A stretch of DNA of 64,000 bases from the NCBI GenBank assembly GCA_951804945.1, contig OX638151.1:64356001-64420000 (forward strand). Reading direction: 5' to 3'. This document shows, one piece after another, positions 51,963 through 63,649 of this stretch. A program made the translations under genes and the position numbers. Source of the stretch: Podarcis cretensis. Lineage: Eukaryota. The notes beneath the pieces were generated by a model. The model did no database searches, was not told where the DNA came from, and worked only from the letters and a program-made list of their open reading frames with translations. Position 1 is the stretch's first letter. Every line of letters begins with the position of its first letter.

Positions 51963-52183
51963 CGTCCAGGAAGCAACTTTGCAATTTCTGCCCATCTGTT
52001 TCCCAGTCTCTTGTGTGCTTGGTAAATAATTCTATCTTCTTCCTCTGTCCAGGAGGTTTTTTTAACTTCTGGATTCAAATGGTTGTGCCATCGCTCTCTG
52101 CATTGTTTCCCGATCCTTCCTTTCAAGTGCTTAGCGATGACAGACCAGCGCTTGGGACCGTATTTCTGCACCAGCTCTATCAC
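51963..52183 (-). CDS. MYB: c-Myb exon 5 (221 nt): VIELVQKYGPKRWSVIAKHLKGRIGKQCRERWHNHLNPEVKKTSWTEEEDRIIYQAHKRLGNRWAEIAKLLPG(R)
   Basis: ORF 51959..52189; acceptor tttgcag| and donor |gtaatg; canonical R2R3 repeats. Confidence 0.99.
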
Positions 52184-53018
52184 CTGCAAACAAGCACAAA
52201 AACAAGTAAAGTGCCACCTCTAACTTTCAGGTGTTATGCTATGGGACCAAAACGCAACCATTCTCTTATGTTTCATGGAAGATCAGGGCTGTGATGTGCA
52301 TCAGGAATTTAGATAGGCCAGCATTATTATACAGGAAGAAAAATGGGAATAAAAACAGGTGCAAAACTTATCAGGGACTAAAGAAGGCAGCTGAGTAGGA
52401 AAAGGCGGCATCCTATTAATTGTCTTGCCATTATAGCTGCCTCATGACATTTCCAGACTATCACAAATTTTGGGTGAGATTCTTGCACAACAAATCCACT
52501 CCCCCACAAAAATCCTCCCAGACTTTTGTGATAAGGAAAGTAAAGGGGGAAAACACAGTGGACACAACATACAATGTTCCCACAGATTAGAATTAGTTAT
52601 CAATCAATATTCCACATAATCGAACCTCCCCACAAACTTTGTGCAAACAAAACAGGATGCCTGGAATCACCTCTTGTATAATTATTCCCAAAGTATTCCC
52701 CAAAGATGGGAGGGAGGATTTGGGCTCAAAAACATGAGGCTTGCCTAAGGCCATCTAATGAGATAATAACTGAGACTCGAGTCAAGGACTTCCTGGTTCG
52801 CAGCTCAGTCTCTCAGCCATTCTGTATTACACCACCTCTCAAGTGGACAGTTAAGCAATTATTTAAAGTGCTGCTGGAAGAAATGTTAGGGGCTGTAAAG
52901 ATCAATTATTAAATAACTTAAATTACAGGTATTATTTCATCAAAGTGGATGTAGGTTGGCTGCACCCAACGTTTAATGCTGATGGAACGATTAGATTAAA
53001 ATAATATTGTTAACTTAC

Positions 53019-53111
53019 TCGCTGATCTTCTTCTTTAGTCCACGGGCCCTTAATAAGTTCTGGATTTAGTACCTTCTGCCACCGATGCTGGCACTGTACA
53101 TCTGTCCGATT
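53019..53111 (-). CDS. MYB: c-Myb exon 4 (93 nt): NRTDVQCQHRWQKVLNPELIKGPWTKEEDQR
   Basis: Acceptor cttattag| and donor |gtaagt; R1/R2 junction. Confidence 0.97.
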
Positions 53112-53882
53112 CTAATAAGCCAAAAAAACCCCAACAAATTACATAATTGCTACAGCTACGTGAAAAAATGCAACTTTGTTAACAAATGCCCCACAGATGC
53201 AATTCTGAGTCACGATATTGCAGTATTTACACTATTATTCAGCACGCATGCTGCCTCTGCAAGTAAAATCTTTACATTTTATTGCTTACATCACCATCAA
53301 AACAAGTAAGGATCAGGCCACTGATAGAGGTAAAATTGAGATGGGGATCTTCCAAAGGAAGAGTTGGACACTATGACAGCTTCAGCTACAAAAACCTTGC
53401 AGCGCCTTCTCATATTAATTTTTGATTGTAGACAGCAGACAGATACCATAGTTGCATACTAACCTACCAGCTATTCGTTAAAAATGAATATATAATAAAC
53501 TTTACCTGCTGCTTCTCAACAAGTGTGTCAGAAATTACCAGCAGAACCACACACTTAATAAGCAATAGCAACTACGGATCAAAGCCAGTTTCTATTCTGC
53601 ATTGATGCTTTGTTGTTCCATTGAGAGACGGATAGATAGATGATGTACCAACCATCTGTTTGTATATAAAATCCCCCCCAAGGCTTTTAACATTTCTCCT
53701 TCCTCCATTTCATGAGAAGTGAAAGAAAGACATTTAAATGTTGGGTATACATGGTGAAGTTCTGCAAGCCTCCCAAATTGCTATAATTGTATTAAGTCCC
53801 CATCTGTAATTATGAAACAACCTCCCCTGCTTTCACCCACTGATAAATGTGTGGTTATAAACAGAAAACGAGGCCTACTTAC

Positions 53883-53954
53883 AGGAAGGAAATTGGCAAT
53901 AACTTTCCAATCTTCTGTGCCATTCTGCTCCACAAGTTTCTTTAGCTTCTCATC
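53883..53954 (-). CDS. MYB: c-Myb exon 3 (72 nt): DEKLKKLVEQNGTEDWKVIANFLP
   Basis: Acceptor atattag| and donor |gtaagt; R1 sequence. Too short to appear in the ORF track. Confidence 0.97.
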
Positions 53955-54244
53955 CTAATATGTTTCAAGAAAAGGTGATTTAAGTTCATCTGACTTGTGT
54001 ATGTGCATGTGCGTGTTTTAAAAGTCAATACTATGCATTGCTGATTGTCATAACATCTGTTAACAAGGAAAAGGAAATCTCTAGTTTGGTTGTTCTAGGC
54101 ATCTTGCACACTTTTTACGAGCTATTAGCAAGATTTTGCAACTTCACTGAAATAGTGTGTCATTTGCTATTTTGGAATTGTGAGCCCGCACCAGAAGACT
54201 AAAAAGTCAGTATACTGTATGGAAGAAAAGGCAAAGTTGAATTA

Positions 54245-54458
54245 CAGCGGAACTTTGGTTCTCAAACGGCTTAGTTGGCGAACAAATCGGCTCCTGAACG
54301 CCAAAAACCCAGAAGTAAGTGTTCCGGTTTACAAATGTTTTTCGGTAGCCGAATGTCCGATGCGGCTTCCGCTTGAGTGCAGGAAGCTCCTGCAGCCAAT
54401 CAGAAGCTGCCCCTTGCTTTTCGAATGGTTTCAGGAGTCAAAAACCAAGATTCCACTG
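54245..54458. mobile_element. Tc1/mariner (Tigger-like) MITE, degraded
   Basis: TA-cagcggaactttggtt ... aaccaagattccactg-TA. Confidence 0.75.
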
Positions 54459-57458
54459 TAATTGATCAGCCTTCTTCAAAAGTCCCTTCCTAGTAGCTTA
54501 ATAAAATGAGGCCACAATCCTACGTACATTTATTCAGCATCACAGGCTAATACAGCCAATTCCACCAGATTTTTGAATCTAATGTATGACCTACTATACT
54601 CTTCACTTAGAACTACGTAGTGCACCACCCAACCACTGACGTGCCATTAGTGGCCATGCCGTGAATGAACATAAAGCATTATCTTGGATGACATGATCAT
54701 TATAAGAACCTTACACAACGAATAGGAAAATTCTGCACAGCAACATTCTGTTCCATCCTTCCTTCAACTAGCACATATTGATGTACATTTTGTATTCACA
54801 ACAACACAACAAACTAAGCTAGGCTGAGAACGACACATTGCAACGACACTGAAAAGAGCAGCCCTGTGTTGTGCTTGTCCTTTTCTTTGCATGTAATAAA
54901 ATGTACCTCGTTTTCCGATGTTACTATTCCCTACCCGGTATGATGGGCTAAAGGTGGCAGGGAAACACACAGTGAGATAATGCAACTTTCACTAAATGTC
55001 CTGTAAGGGGGGGAATTCAATGTATGGGTGGTCTTGGCAGCAGCCCCATCATTATCGTAACATGCAGTTTCACCCACAGCGACTTGCCAAAAGCCACTCA
55101 ATGAACTCCATGGCCGAACAGGAATTCAAATGCAGCTTTCACCATTGAAGTTCAACACTCTTTGTAATTGGGCCAATGGGGTTTCCAACATTATGCCAAC
55201 CAACCGCATGGAGCACTACCATGAAGGAACACTTTGCACTTGCAGTTGGGGTGTAATGTTTTAATTGACACCCACCCGCCACTGCCATTATATTCAAGTA
55301 CTGGCTTAATTAATTTGTTGATTGGGCAGCAAGACAGTAATCTCCATACTATTTCTGAGTATTCTCACTGACAACAAATGCATTAATCTAGCAAAATTAT
55401 TTGGGAACTGCTGTCTTGTCTCAATAACCTTTACTGAAAGTTTAGGAAGCATAACACTAGGCCCCAAAGGCTATTTAGGAGGAATGAGAGTTCTGCAACA
55501 AACAGCCTAAGCTTTTACAAAAGCATTTGGGAAATGACCTGCTAGTGTTTACATAGCAACATCAGTGCATGATGTTAATCAAGCCAAAACAGCTTTATGA
55601 AAATTGAACTGCACAGAAATAATGGAAGCTTAAATAATGATTCTCGATACTGCCAAGTGATGATTCTTTTCCACAGTACAGAAGCTTATGCTGAAAATAA
55701 ATATATGAGTGACAGTGTGTGAAAAAATAACTGAGGCTTATATCCACTTACCTGGGAGAAAGCCCACCCAGTGGGAGTTAGTTCTGAGTATTCAATTCTC
55801 ACATTTAGACTGCCATCCTAGTCACATTTACCTATTAGCAATCTCTATTGAAAGTAATGAGACCAGGTTGCAGTGTGCTTGATTGCTTTCCAAAAAGGAG
55901 ATAACATATTGAAAACTAGACTGCATAGTAGATAGTCACAGTTCTTCAGTATCTTAAGAGCTGCTGTTCTAAAAATGCAGTTCGGTTGTTCAGAAACTCC
56001 AGTGGGTCCTACTGGTTTGGGGTATATTAAACAAATGGTTCTGAGGTCTTTCGTAAGGGATCAGCCTTTCAACACCATTTGCTTTTGTTTAGCAGCTCCT
56101 GACTAAATTAGTAGTTCCCAACCCTTTAACAGTCTCATTATATATTCCTTTCTCATTAGTGACTACAGAAAGATAATGGAAGCAACCCCACTATCACTTC
56201 TCTTGCAAAGCCTGGAGGTTGGTGGCCCATCTAGAAAGGATCCATAGTTTCTGCTCATCTATCTGCTGTAAGGCATTGCTATCTTGGTTCCTCATGCAGC
56301 AACCATTAAAAACATGAAGCAATGACACTGATATCAACCAAAGAGAGCCAAAGGGCAACCTTAGTATGTCCACGCTTCATTGCTTTATGACCTGACCTTA
56401 TGAAACAGTGCAACCCACCCATGTGTAAATTTATAGAGCAAATGTTCAGTGATGTTTTCAATGGCCCTGGATAACATCAGCTCAGGTACATGCCTGTTTG
56501 CAAACTTGTATGGCATAGTTGACCAGTTGGCCACATATAGGTCTTGTGCTATGGCTACAAATACGGCCTTAAAACACAAAAGGAGATTGTGGGTGTGCCC
56601 CATTCCAGTACCTTCCCCTTTCCACATAAGTCAATGGAGTGATTGCTGCTCTGCTGCCTTCAATGAAGATGAGTTGGCGGTGTGTGTGTATGTGCGCGCA
56701 CATTGTGCTCCCAAGTGGGAGAGAAAATACGGCTCTATTAATGCTTCTCATACTTCCTTTTCCTACTTCCATTGCTCCTGGGTGTCCCTCATCTGTTCCA
56801 ATTCCGTGCCATAATAGCTACATCAAAAATATCCGATGACCATATAAGAGCAACTACTGAGTAGCAATGAATGAAGTGGACCAAAGTGGCTTTCTCAGGA
56901 GTGGGGGTGGAAAGGCTCAGTGCTAGCTTCTCAACAGGTGCACCACTGCTGCTTACCAGGAGGCGGAGGGATGAGGCACCTAGTGTGGATGCTCCAGCAG
57001 GAGTGCCCAATTGGCACCATTGGTGCACCTGCATTGCAATGAAACACCTGCCGGGAAGCTAGCATTGAGACTCCGCCCCACCAGGCAAGCTGCTTCGGAA
57101 GTAAACTAATTATACATGTCATAAGGATTTCCCTTCAAAATATGTTGTTTGTTTGTGCAAGCTTCCTTGGATATAACCCAAACAATCTTTCCACCCCTCC
57201 CCCCAAGAAGTCACCTATAAAGCCCCCTCCCCCAAAAGAAATCTTCAGATGATTTAATTGGCTATTTTCCTTTGCTTTCAAAATTACTTTTTCAGAACAA
57301 AAAAACAAAGCTACCTTTCTAGGTACAGGCCTACTCAAGGCAGTTGACAAGGAATTTTAACAGGCCTAGGCTCACATTTCTTAAGAGGAAGCAGCTTCTA
57401 TTCTTGTACTTAGGAGAAGCCGAAGACAACTGACACTAGGAATTTTATCCACACCTTT

Positions 57459-57810
57459 CATAAGAAACATAAGAGGAGTCTTCCTGGATCAGACTGAAGG
57501 CCCTTCTAGTCCAGCATTCTGTTCTCAGTGGCCAACCAGATGCCCATGGGAAACCCCTACGTAGAACCTGAGCACAATGGCACCCTCCCACTCATGTTCT
57601 CCAACAACTGCTATTCAGAAGTATAGCGCCTTCTGGAGATAATATAGCCATCCCAACTAGCAGCCATTGATAACACTATCCTCACTTAAGTTTGCTGTAA
57701 TTCACCTTTTAAAGAGTCATCCAGCTCAAGTGGTCATTGCTACATCCTGAAGTACTGAATTATATCATTCTATCTATGCATTGTGTGAAAGACTACTTCT
57801 ATTTGTCTGC
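57459..57810 (-). mobile_element. CR1 LINE 3' fragment in MYB intron 2
   Basis: cataagaaacataaga tail plus ctggatcagactgaaggccc..ctagtccagcattctg; related pieces at ~11910, ~36190 and ~48055. Confidence 0.7.
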
Positions 57811-57832
57811 CCTGAACTTTTCAGATGTTTAC

Positions 57833-57950
57833 CTCTTCCCGGGTCCACCGTGTTTTCCCTAAATGGCGTTTTCCACCCTTGGGCAGCAGACCATCATAGT
57901 CATGATCATATACCTCCAGGTCTTCATCCTCATCATCGCTGCTGTATATG
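57833..57950 (-). CDS. MYB: c-Myb exon 2 (118 nt): (S)IYSSDDEDEDLEVYDHDYDGLLPKGGKRHLGKTRWTREE
   Basis: Acceptor ttctccag| and donor |gtaaac; c-Myb acidic N-terminus and start of repeat R1. Confidence 0.97.
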
Positions 57951-59173
57951 CTGGAGAAACAGAGCACAAAGACAAAACAGGGTAAAATGCAAAGCTGTTT
58001 AGAATGACAGGATTTGCAAAAAACTAAAAGGTTATGAGGGTAACTGTTTGGAAACTTGCACTGCAAGATTTTGTTCTACATTCTGTTCCTAGTATTCTGA
58101 ACTGGTTCTGCTGTTTTTGGTATCCACAGATACAAGCAAAAGGTTGGCAACTTTCTTATTACTGTGCATGTTTAGACCTGCTCATACTGTTAGATCAGTG
58201 GCAAATTACACACTTGGCAGATGTTCAACCAATGATGGTTCCAAATTAAAACGCAATGTTTAGGACAATAAAGAGAACGGAGGCTGTGTCCTTTGCCCAA
58301 GTACATACTCAAAATCCTTAACTTATGCCAGATCACTTGAAGAATGCTCTATGCTTTCACACAGTTGATAAAGAAGCTTGCATATTCAACTCCCAGGTGA
58401 TAAATGCTGAAGGGCTGGGTATTTTTAAAAGGAAATACATTCAATACTATACTTTGTCAAATAATGAAAAGACTAATAGCCTGATCCTATGTACACTGAT
58501 TCAGAAGCCGTGCTGAGTTCAACTTGACTGATGCCAAGGAAAGCTGCATTTCCCCTGCACAGTTACTTAGGTGTAAGGCTGCAACTCCAAACACCCTTAC
58601 AAGGAAGTAAGTACCAATGAATTCAGTGGCACTTGCTTCCAAATAAACATGCACAGGCTCAGGCTGCACAAATGCACAGAACAGCAATCCAATGAACATC
58701 AGAGGGCAAAGGCTTCTGAAAACAAATGAAATGTACAGACATCAAGTGATCAGGCTGTTTTGTAAATGAAGAGCAGTACCAACAAGCCCACAATTCATGG
58801 CCAACTACAACTATAACTTGAGGACAAATGCACAATCTGAAAACTTCACAGCACTGAGGTGAACAGTCACATTACTTAATTATAAATAGTTGTCTTGTTT
58901 CTAGTCCACCTGAGGTCTTTTCAGCTGCTGATTGAACCCAGATTTCTCCCAAGGCAGCAGTGAGTGGAAACAATCACAAACATCCAGTTTAACCCATCGA
59001 GTTCAGTAAAGTTAAAACAAAGTGTGTTGCAACACAAATGGCCTTACTTCATTTATATTGTGCAATGTTTTATTTCTAACTTTATAACATAAACATAACT
59101 TTTGAAACCTCCGCATACTAACTGTAAATGCAGTAGAAAAGAACACACGGATGATTTATGGCTAATTATGCTG

Positions 59174-59216
59174 TCAAGACTGGCCCGTACGGGCAGGGGT
59201 ACCTTTACCTTTACCT
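59174..59216 (+). mobile_element. Extremely 5'-truncated Sauria SINE (~43 bp) with TSD
   Basis: tcaagactggcccgtacgggcaggggtacctttacctttacct flanked by ttatgctg (59166-59173, 59217-59224). Confidence 0.88.
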
Positions 59217-59414
59217 TTATGCTGATATGTGAACGGGATAAACCTCAGATGCAGTTTAAGCATGTGTTTTGAGGGGAGGGGAAGCTTATTAAAGCAATCC
59301 TGACAAACATCGGAACAGGAACTAATGGCTAGGAGCCTCAGCTAGTTACACAGGTGGAGAGTAAATAGGATTACTCACAAGCAGTGCCTTGAGGGCTGCA
59401 TGTTAGTTGCTGTA

Positions 59415-59783
59415 AAGGTAAAGGTAAAGGTACCCCTGCCCGTACGGGCCAGTCTTGACAGACTCTGGGGTTGTGCGCCCATCTCACTTAAGAGGCCAGG
59501 GGCCAGCGCTGTCCGGAGACACTTCCGGGTCACGTGGCCAGCGTGACATCGCTGCTCTGGCCAGAGCCAGAGCCAGAGCCAGAGCCGCACACGGAAACAC
59601 CGTTTACCTTCCCGCTGGTAAGCGGTCCCTATTTATCTACTTGCACCCGGAGGTGCTTTCGAACTGCTAGGTTGGCAGGCGCTGGGACCGAGCAGCGGGA
59701 GCGCACCCCGCCGCAGGGATCCGACCTTTCGATCGGCAAGTCCTAGGCGCTGAGGCTTTAACCCACAGCGCCACCTGCGTCCC
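59415..59783 (-). mobile_element. Sauria SINE, young subfamily, MYB intron 1, B box partly deleted
   Basis: Perfect 13-bp TSD gttagttgctgta (59402-59414, 59789-59801); internal (ccagag)n expansion; lacks tcgaaccg near 59720. Confidence 0.93.
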
Positions 59784-60802
59784 AAGTCGTTAGTTGCTGT
59801 AGTATCAAGCTATTCTTTTCTGCTACCACACAGTTTCGAAATAAAGGTGAAAGGAATTTTCACCTTTAAGGATGTACTGTACGCCAGATGTTCTACAGAT
59901 AAAAAATGTATCATTGTTTTTATCAGTACGTAGAACACATGGCATGTGGTAAATGCAAAAGACATTACACTACTATATGAAAAATCAGAAATCGGTTTTG
60001 AAAACTACAGAGATACATCTGCTTAAATTGAGAGTTGCTCATGAAAAGCTAAATCACCTATTCAAATCATATTTCAGGACAAGGGTCACCAACCTTTTTA
60101 GACCAGTGAGCACATTTCAAATGTTGAGAGCATCCTGAGGATGCCTAGCACAAAATAACTGCTATGGGTATGTGTGGCACAACACAAAATTGGAGCGATG
60201 GACATCCCCAATACCCTTATGCTTAAGCAGAGGAAGTCAGCTATGTCCTGCAGGTCCTGATTGTGGAAGTCACACAATACTGATTTTACATACAGGCAAA
60301 CAAACATACACCGATGTCGTTGCTGTATGTTGTTGCAGTGTTGCTGCAACAGGGAATATGACTCAGTACCAGGAAAAAGATACAAGGTGGCCACACCACA
60401 CTCACTTTCATTTCACAGAAATTGCTCAGAAAGCACCTGCGCATTTTGCCCCACAACTTTCATTCTAGGGCGGCTAGAGACTTTAAATAAATAAATAAAT
60501 GTTCAGAGTTTGGCGCACCTTCCCAGGGGCACCATTAAAAGCATTTATGGACACCATGGTTCCCACAGGTGCTAGGCTGGTGACCCCTGTCTTAGGATCT
60601 CCCATCACTAAACTATTGCATGCCATTCATCAAGTAAGCCTTGCTAAGACTATGTTGTTTATGGAGAATTCAACTTAGGTGACCTTAAATTTGGATTCAA
60701 ACTCGGGCACATTATTGGAGATAAAAAACACCATCAGCAGACTACCTGCTACCAGACTGCTCAATTTCAAAATGTAGGTACATCGAACATCATGTTTTCA
60801 TG

Positions 60803-60933
60803 GGAGGGGAATCTGTGGCCCTCCAGATGTTGTTGGATTCCAATTCCTATCAATCCCAGGAAGGATGGCCAATGGTCAAGGAGGATGGGAGCTGCACTCC
60901 AGCAACATCTGAAGGGTCGCAGGTTCCCCATAT
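60803..60933. mobile_element. Palindromic hAT/Charlie-like MITE (partial second copy at ~60980-61040)
   Basis: ggggaatctgtggccctccagatgttgttgga ... tccagcaacatctgaagggtcgcaggttcccc. Confidence 0.7.
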
Positions 60934-62354
60934 CTAGCCCTGGTGAGTGTGTTTTATTAATCACTACCATACCCTAGAACAGTTGTGGGGAATCTTTGGC
61001 TCTCCAGATGCTGATGAACTACAACTCTCATCACCCTGACCACCTGCAACGCTCCCCATGCTTACCCTAGAAGAACCTTTCACCATGGCACATTAGCTTT
61101 GTACATGCAGGGAGAAAGTTATCTGGGTGAGCCCTGGTATTAAATCTCTAACCATAAATCTAAAGTGGCACATTTCTGCAACAGATACAACATGTAGGAC
61201 TGCTGGTCATGCAGCTTGGCCATCACTCATAGCCGTGGGTAAGATGCCTGGTTCTCAGCCTCAATTTCCCATGCATAAAAATGAAATGATGGCGAGTCAC
61301 TTTACGGGTCTTTGAAAAAATCTTAAAGTGCCAAGCAAGTAACTAAAAACTGAGGGTAGAGTCCTACAGCTTTAAAGGTATCTCCATTATACAAGCCCCA
61401 GCGATTGCATCACCAATTACCAGAGGCCAGAACAGTCTGTCCTCCACAACACCAACACATCTCTACATTATGTGCCTGTTATGGGCTTAATTGTAAGCTG
61501 CCTTGGGAGGCGATCCTGGCTGAGAAGCAGAGTTCAGATGCAATAAATAAGTAGTGCACAGTAGTGGGCCAGGCCATGAGGTGCAGCTGCCCTCTTGAGA
61601 CCAGTGAGATGGAACTTACTTGGACAGGGTTGTGCAGGGTGACAGTGAGATTGGAGCTGTGCAGGCAAACTAGCAGGAATGCCAGATTGGTTCCACTAGT
61701 TGTGCCTGCACAGCCTTCATCTTGCTGCCACCCAGGGAAGCTGCAGAGATGTCAGGACAGGTCCATGGCTATGCCTCACGACACAGGCTGCTACTGATAA
61801 CAGATATTCTGCTGTGTTCCTTTTCTCAAAAAGTAGCTTGAGAACTCCCATCACCAGTCATATGCTATAGCCCTCCTCTGACTGTGATCAGGAAACATGC
61901 AAAGGGATGAGCATGTTCAATCCCTGCACCTTTTAGAACCCTGTTTTCTAGGGCTACAAAATACTCAAGGAACATATCTGAGTATAGAAGGCTCCATGTT
62001 GCAGTCAGCCACCCTCCACAAGTTGGTCAACAAGAAGAGTGCTGGGGAAGGGGCAGAGCTAGCATGATTACAGGACACATAATACAAAGCCATGGCTAAT
62101 GGTAGGGCTGCCATTTCAAAGGCGGAATTGACGTCTGGGGGGCATTTCTGAAAGGCAGCGGTTTGTCTTGGATGTTAGGCAAGTAAAAAAAAACTAAAAA
62201 AACTCAACAAGATTTGTCTTTAAAAAAAAAAAAGCTGAGGTAGCTGGTAGACAGTTGCTGAAACATATACACTCTTCTGCCATTAAAGAAAACACAAGCC
62301 AGGAAGAGCAGCTCTTCACTTTAGATTTTAGGCAGTGGCAGCTCCTTAACTGTA

Positions 62355-62582
62355 GAGTGTACCTCGGGTTACATACGCTTCACGTTACACACTCCGCTAA
62401 CCCAGAAATAGTGCTTCAGGTTAAGAACTTTGCTTCAGGATAGGAACAGAAATCAGGCTCCGGCGGCGCGGCAGCAGCAGGAGGCCCCATTAGCTAAAGT
62501 GGTGCTTCAGGTTATTAAGAACAGTTTCAGGTTAAGAACAGACCTCCGGAACGAATTAAGTACTTAACCTGAGATACCACTG
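62355..62582. mobile_element. Tc1/mariner (Tigger-like) MITE in MYB intron 1
   Basis: TA-gagtgtacctcgggtta ... taacctgagataccactg-TA; internal repeated ttcaggtta motifs. Confidence 0.85.
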
Positions 62583-63649
62583 TAGTTAATGTGGAGGTCT
62601 GAGTTCACACATAATGCTATGGTTAACGTTAACTACAGTTTATAAATCAGCTACAAACCTTGGTCAGCAAGCAACCTTGAATCGTAGTTTAATAAACCCC
62701 AGTTAAGCAGCTGGACTGGATTCCAATGGAATACTAAGACATGAAGCTGGAATCTTATGAACATAGAGGGCATTGCTTCTGGATATGCAAACATAGGCTG
62801 GTGCTGTTTGTCCCATTGAAACTCAGAGTACAGTTTAATTCAGCTTTGAGTACAGTTTTGCTGATTTCAATATAACTGTCATAACTACCTTTATCTGGAT
62901 CTGGGCCTTTATGATTAGGTCACTATTTGAGTGACTAATAGCCCCATCCCATGTATATTAACTAGCAGTAACTCCCACTGCTTTCAGTTGGGAGTAAGCA
63001 ATGAAACTTAATGTGCTTAATGAATAAACGGGGGCTTATTAATATTGTAAGCAAACTTGAGCATGGTTTTAACCATGGAAAGGCAGCATACTACATTATG
63101 TATGTATGTATGAATGAGTCATAGAACTGTAGAGCTGTAGACCACAAGGGTCATCTAGTCCAACCCTGGGGAATTGCAGGATTGGTTCTCCACATGCATG
63201 CAAGTTTTTTTTAGTTTTTTTGCAATGTTGTCAATGCAAGTCTATAACCCCCATTCACCCTTTTGAAAGGAGACTCGAGTTATTCATTTATTTATGCCGC
63301 GTAATACTTGACAGTCCCTAAAAAACTTACAAAATAAAAAATACAATATGTGTTTACAATAAAACTTAGAAACTGCACTGTATTTCAATGCAGTATTAGA
63401 AAAACCTATTGCTAACGACCCATTTGCAATATCTCAATGGCCAGTTTACTGCAGCCTCGAATTTCAGACCAACTCTGCATCCTGTTTAGCAGCACTGCAG
63501 CTCCTCTTTTACATTTCAGACAGTGTGGATCCAGCACCAGATCTGCCTCTCTCGTTTCCTTCCAGCGCAATAAACTGCTCAGTGTACCTTCGCTTGAGAT
63601 GACGTGTCAGGCCGAAGGAACCTAAAAAGTTAAGAGCACCCCACCTGCT

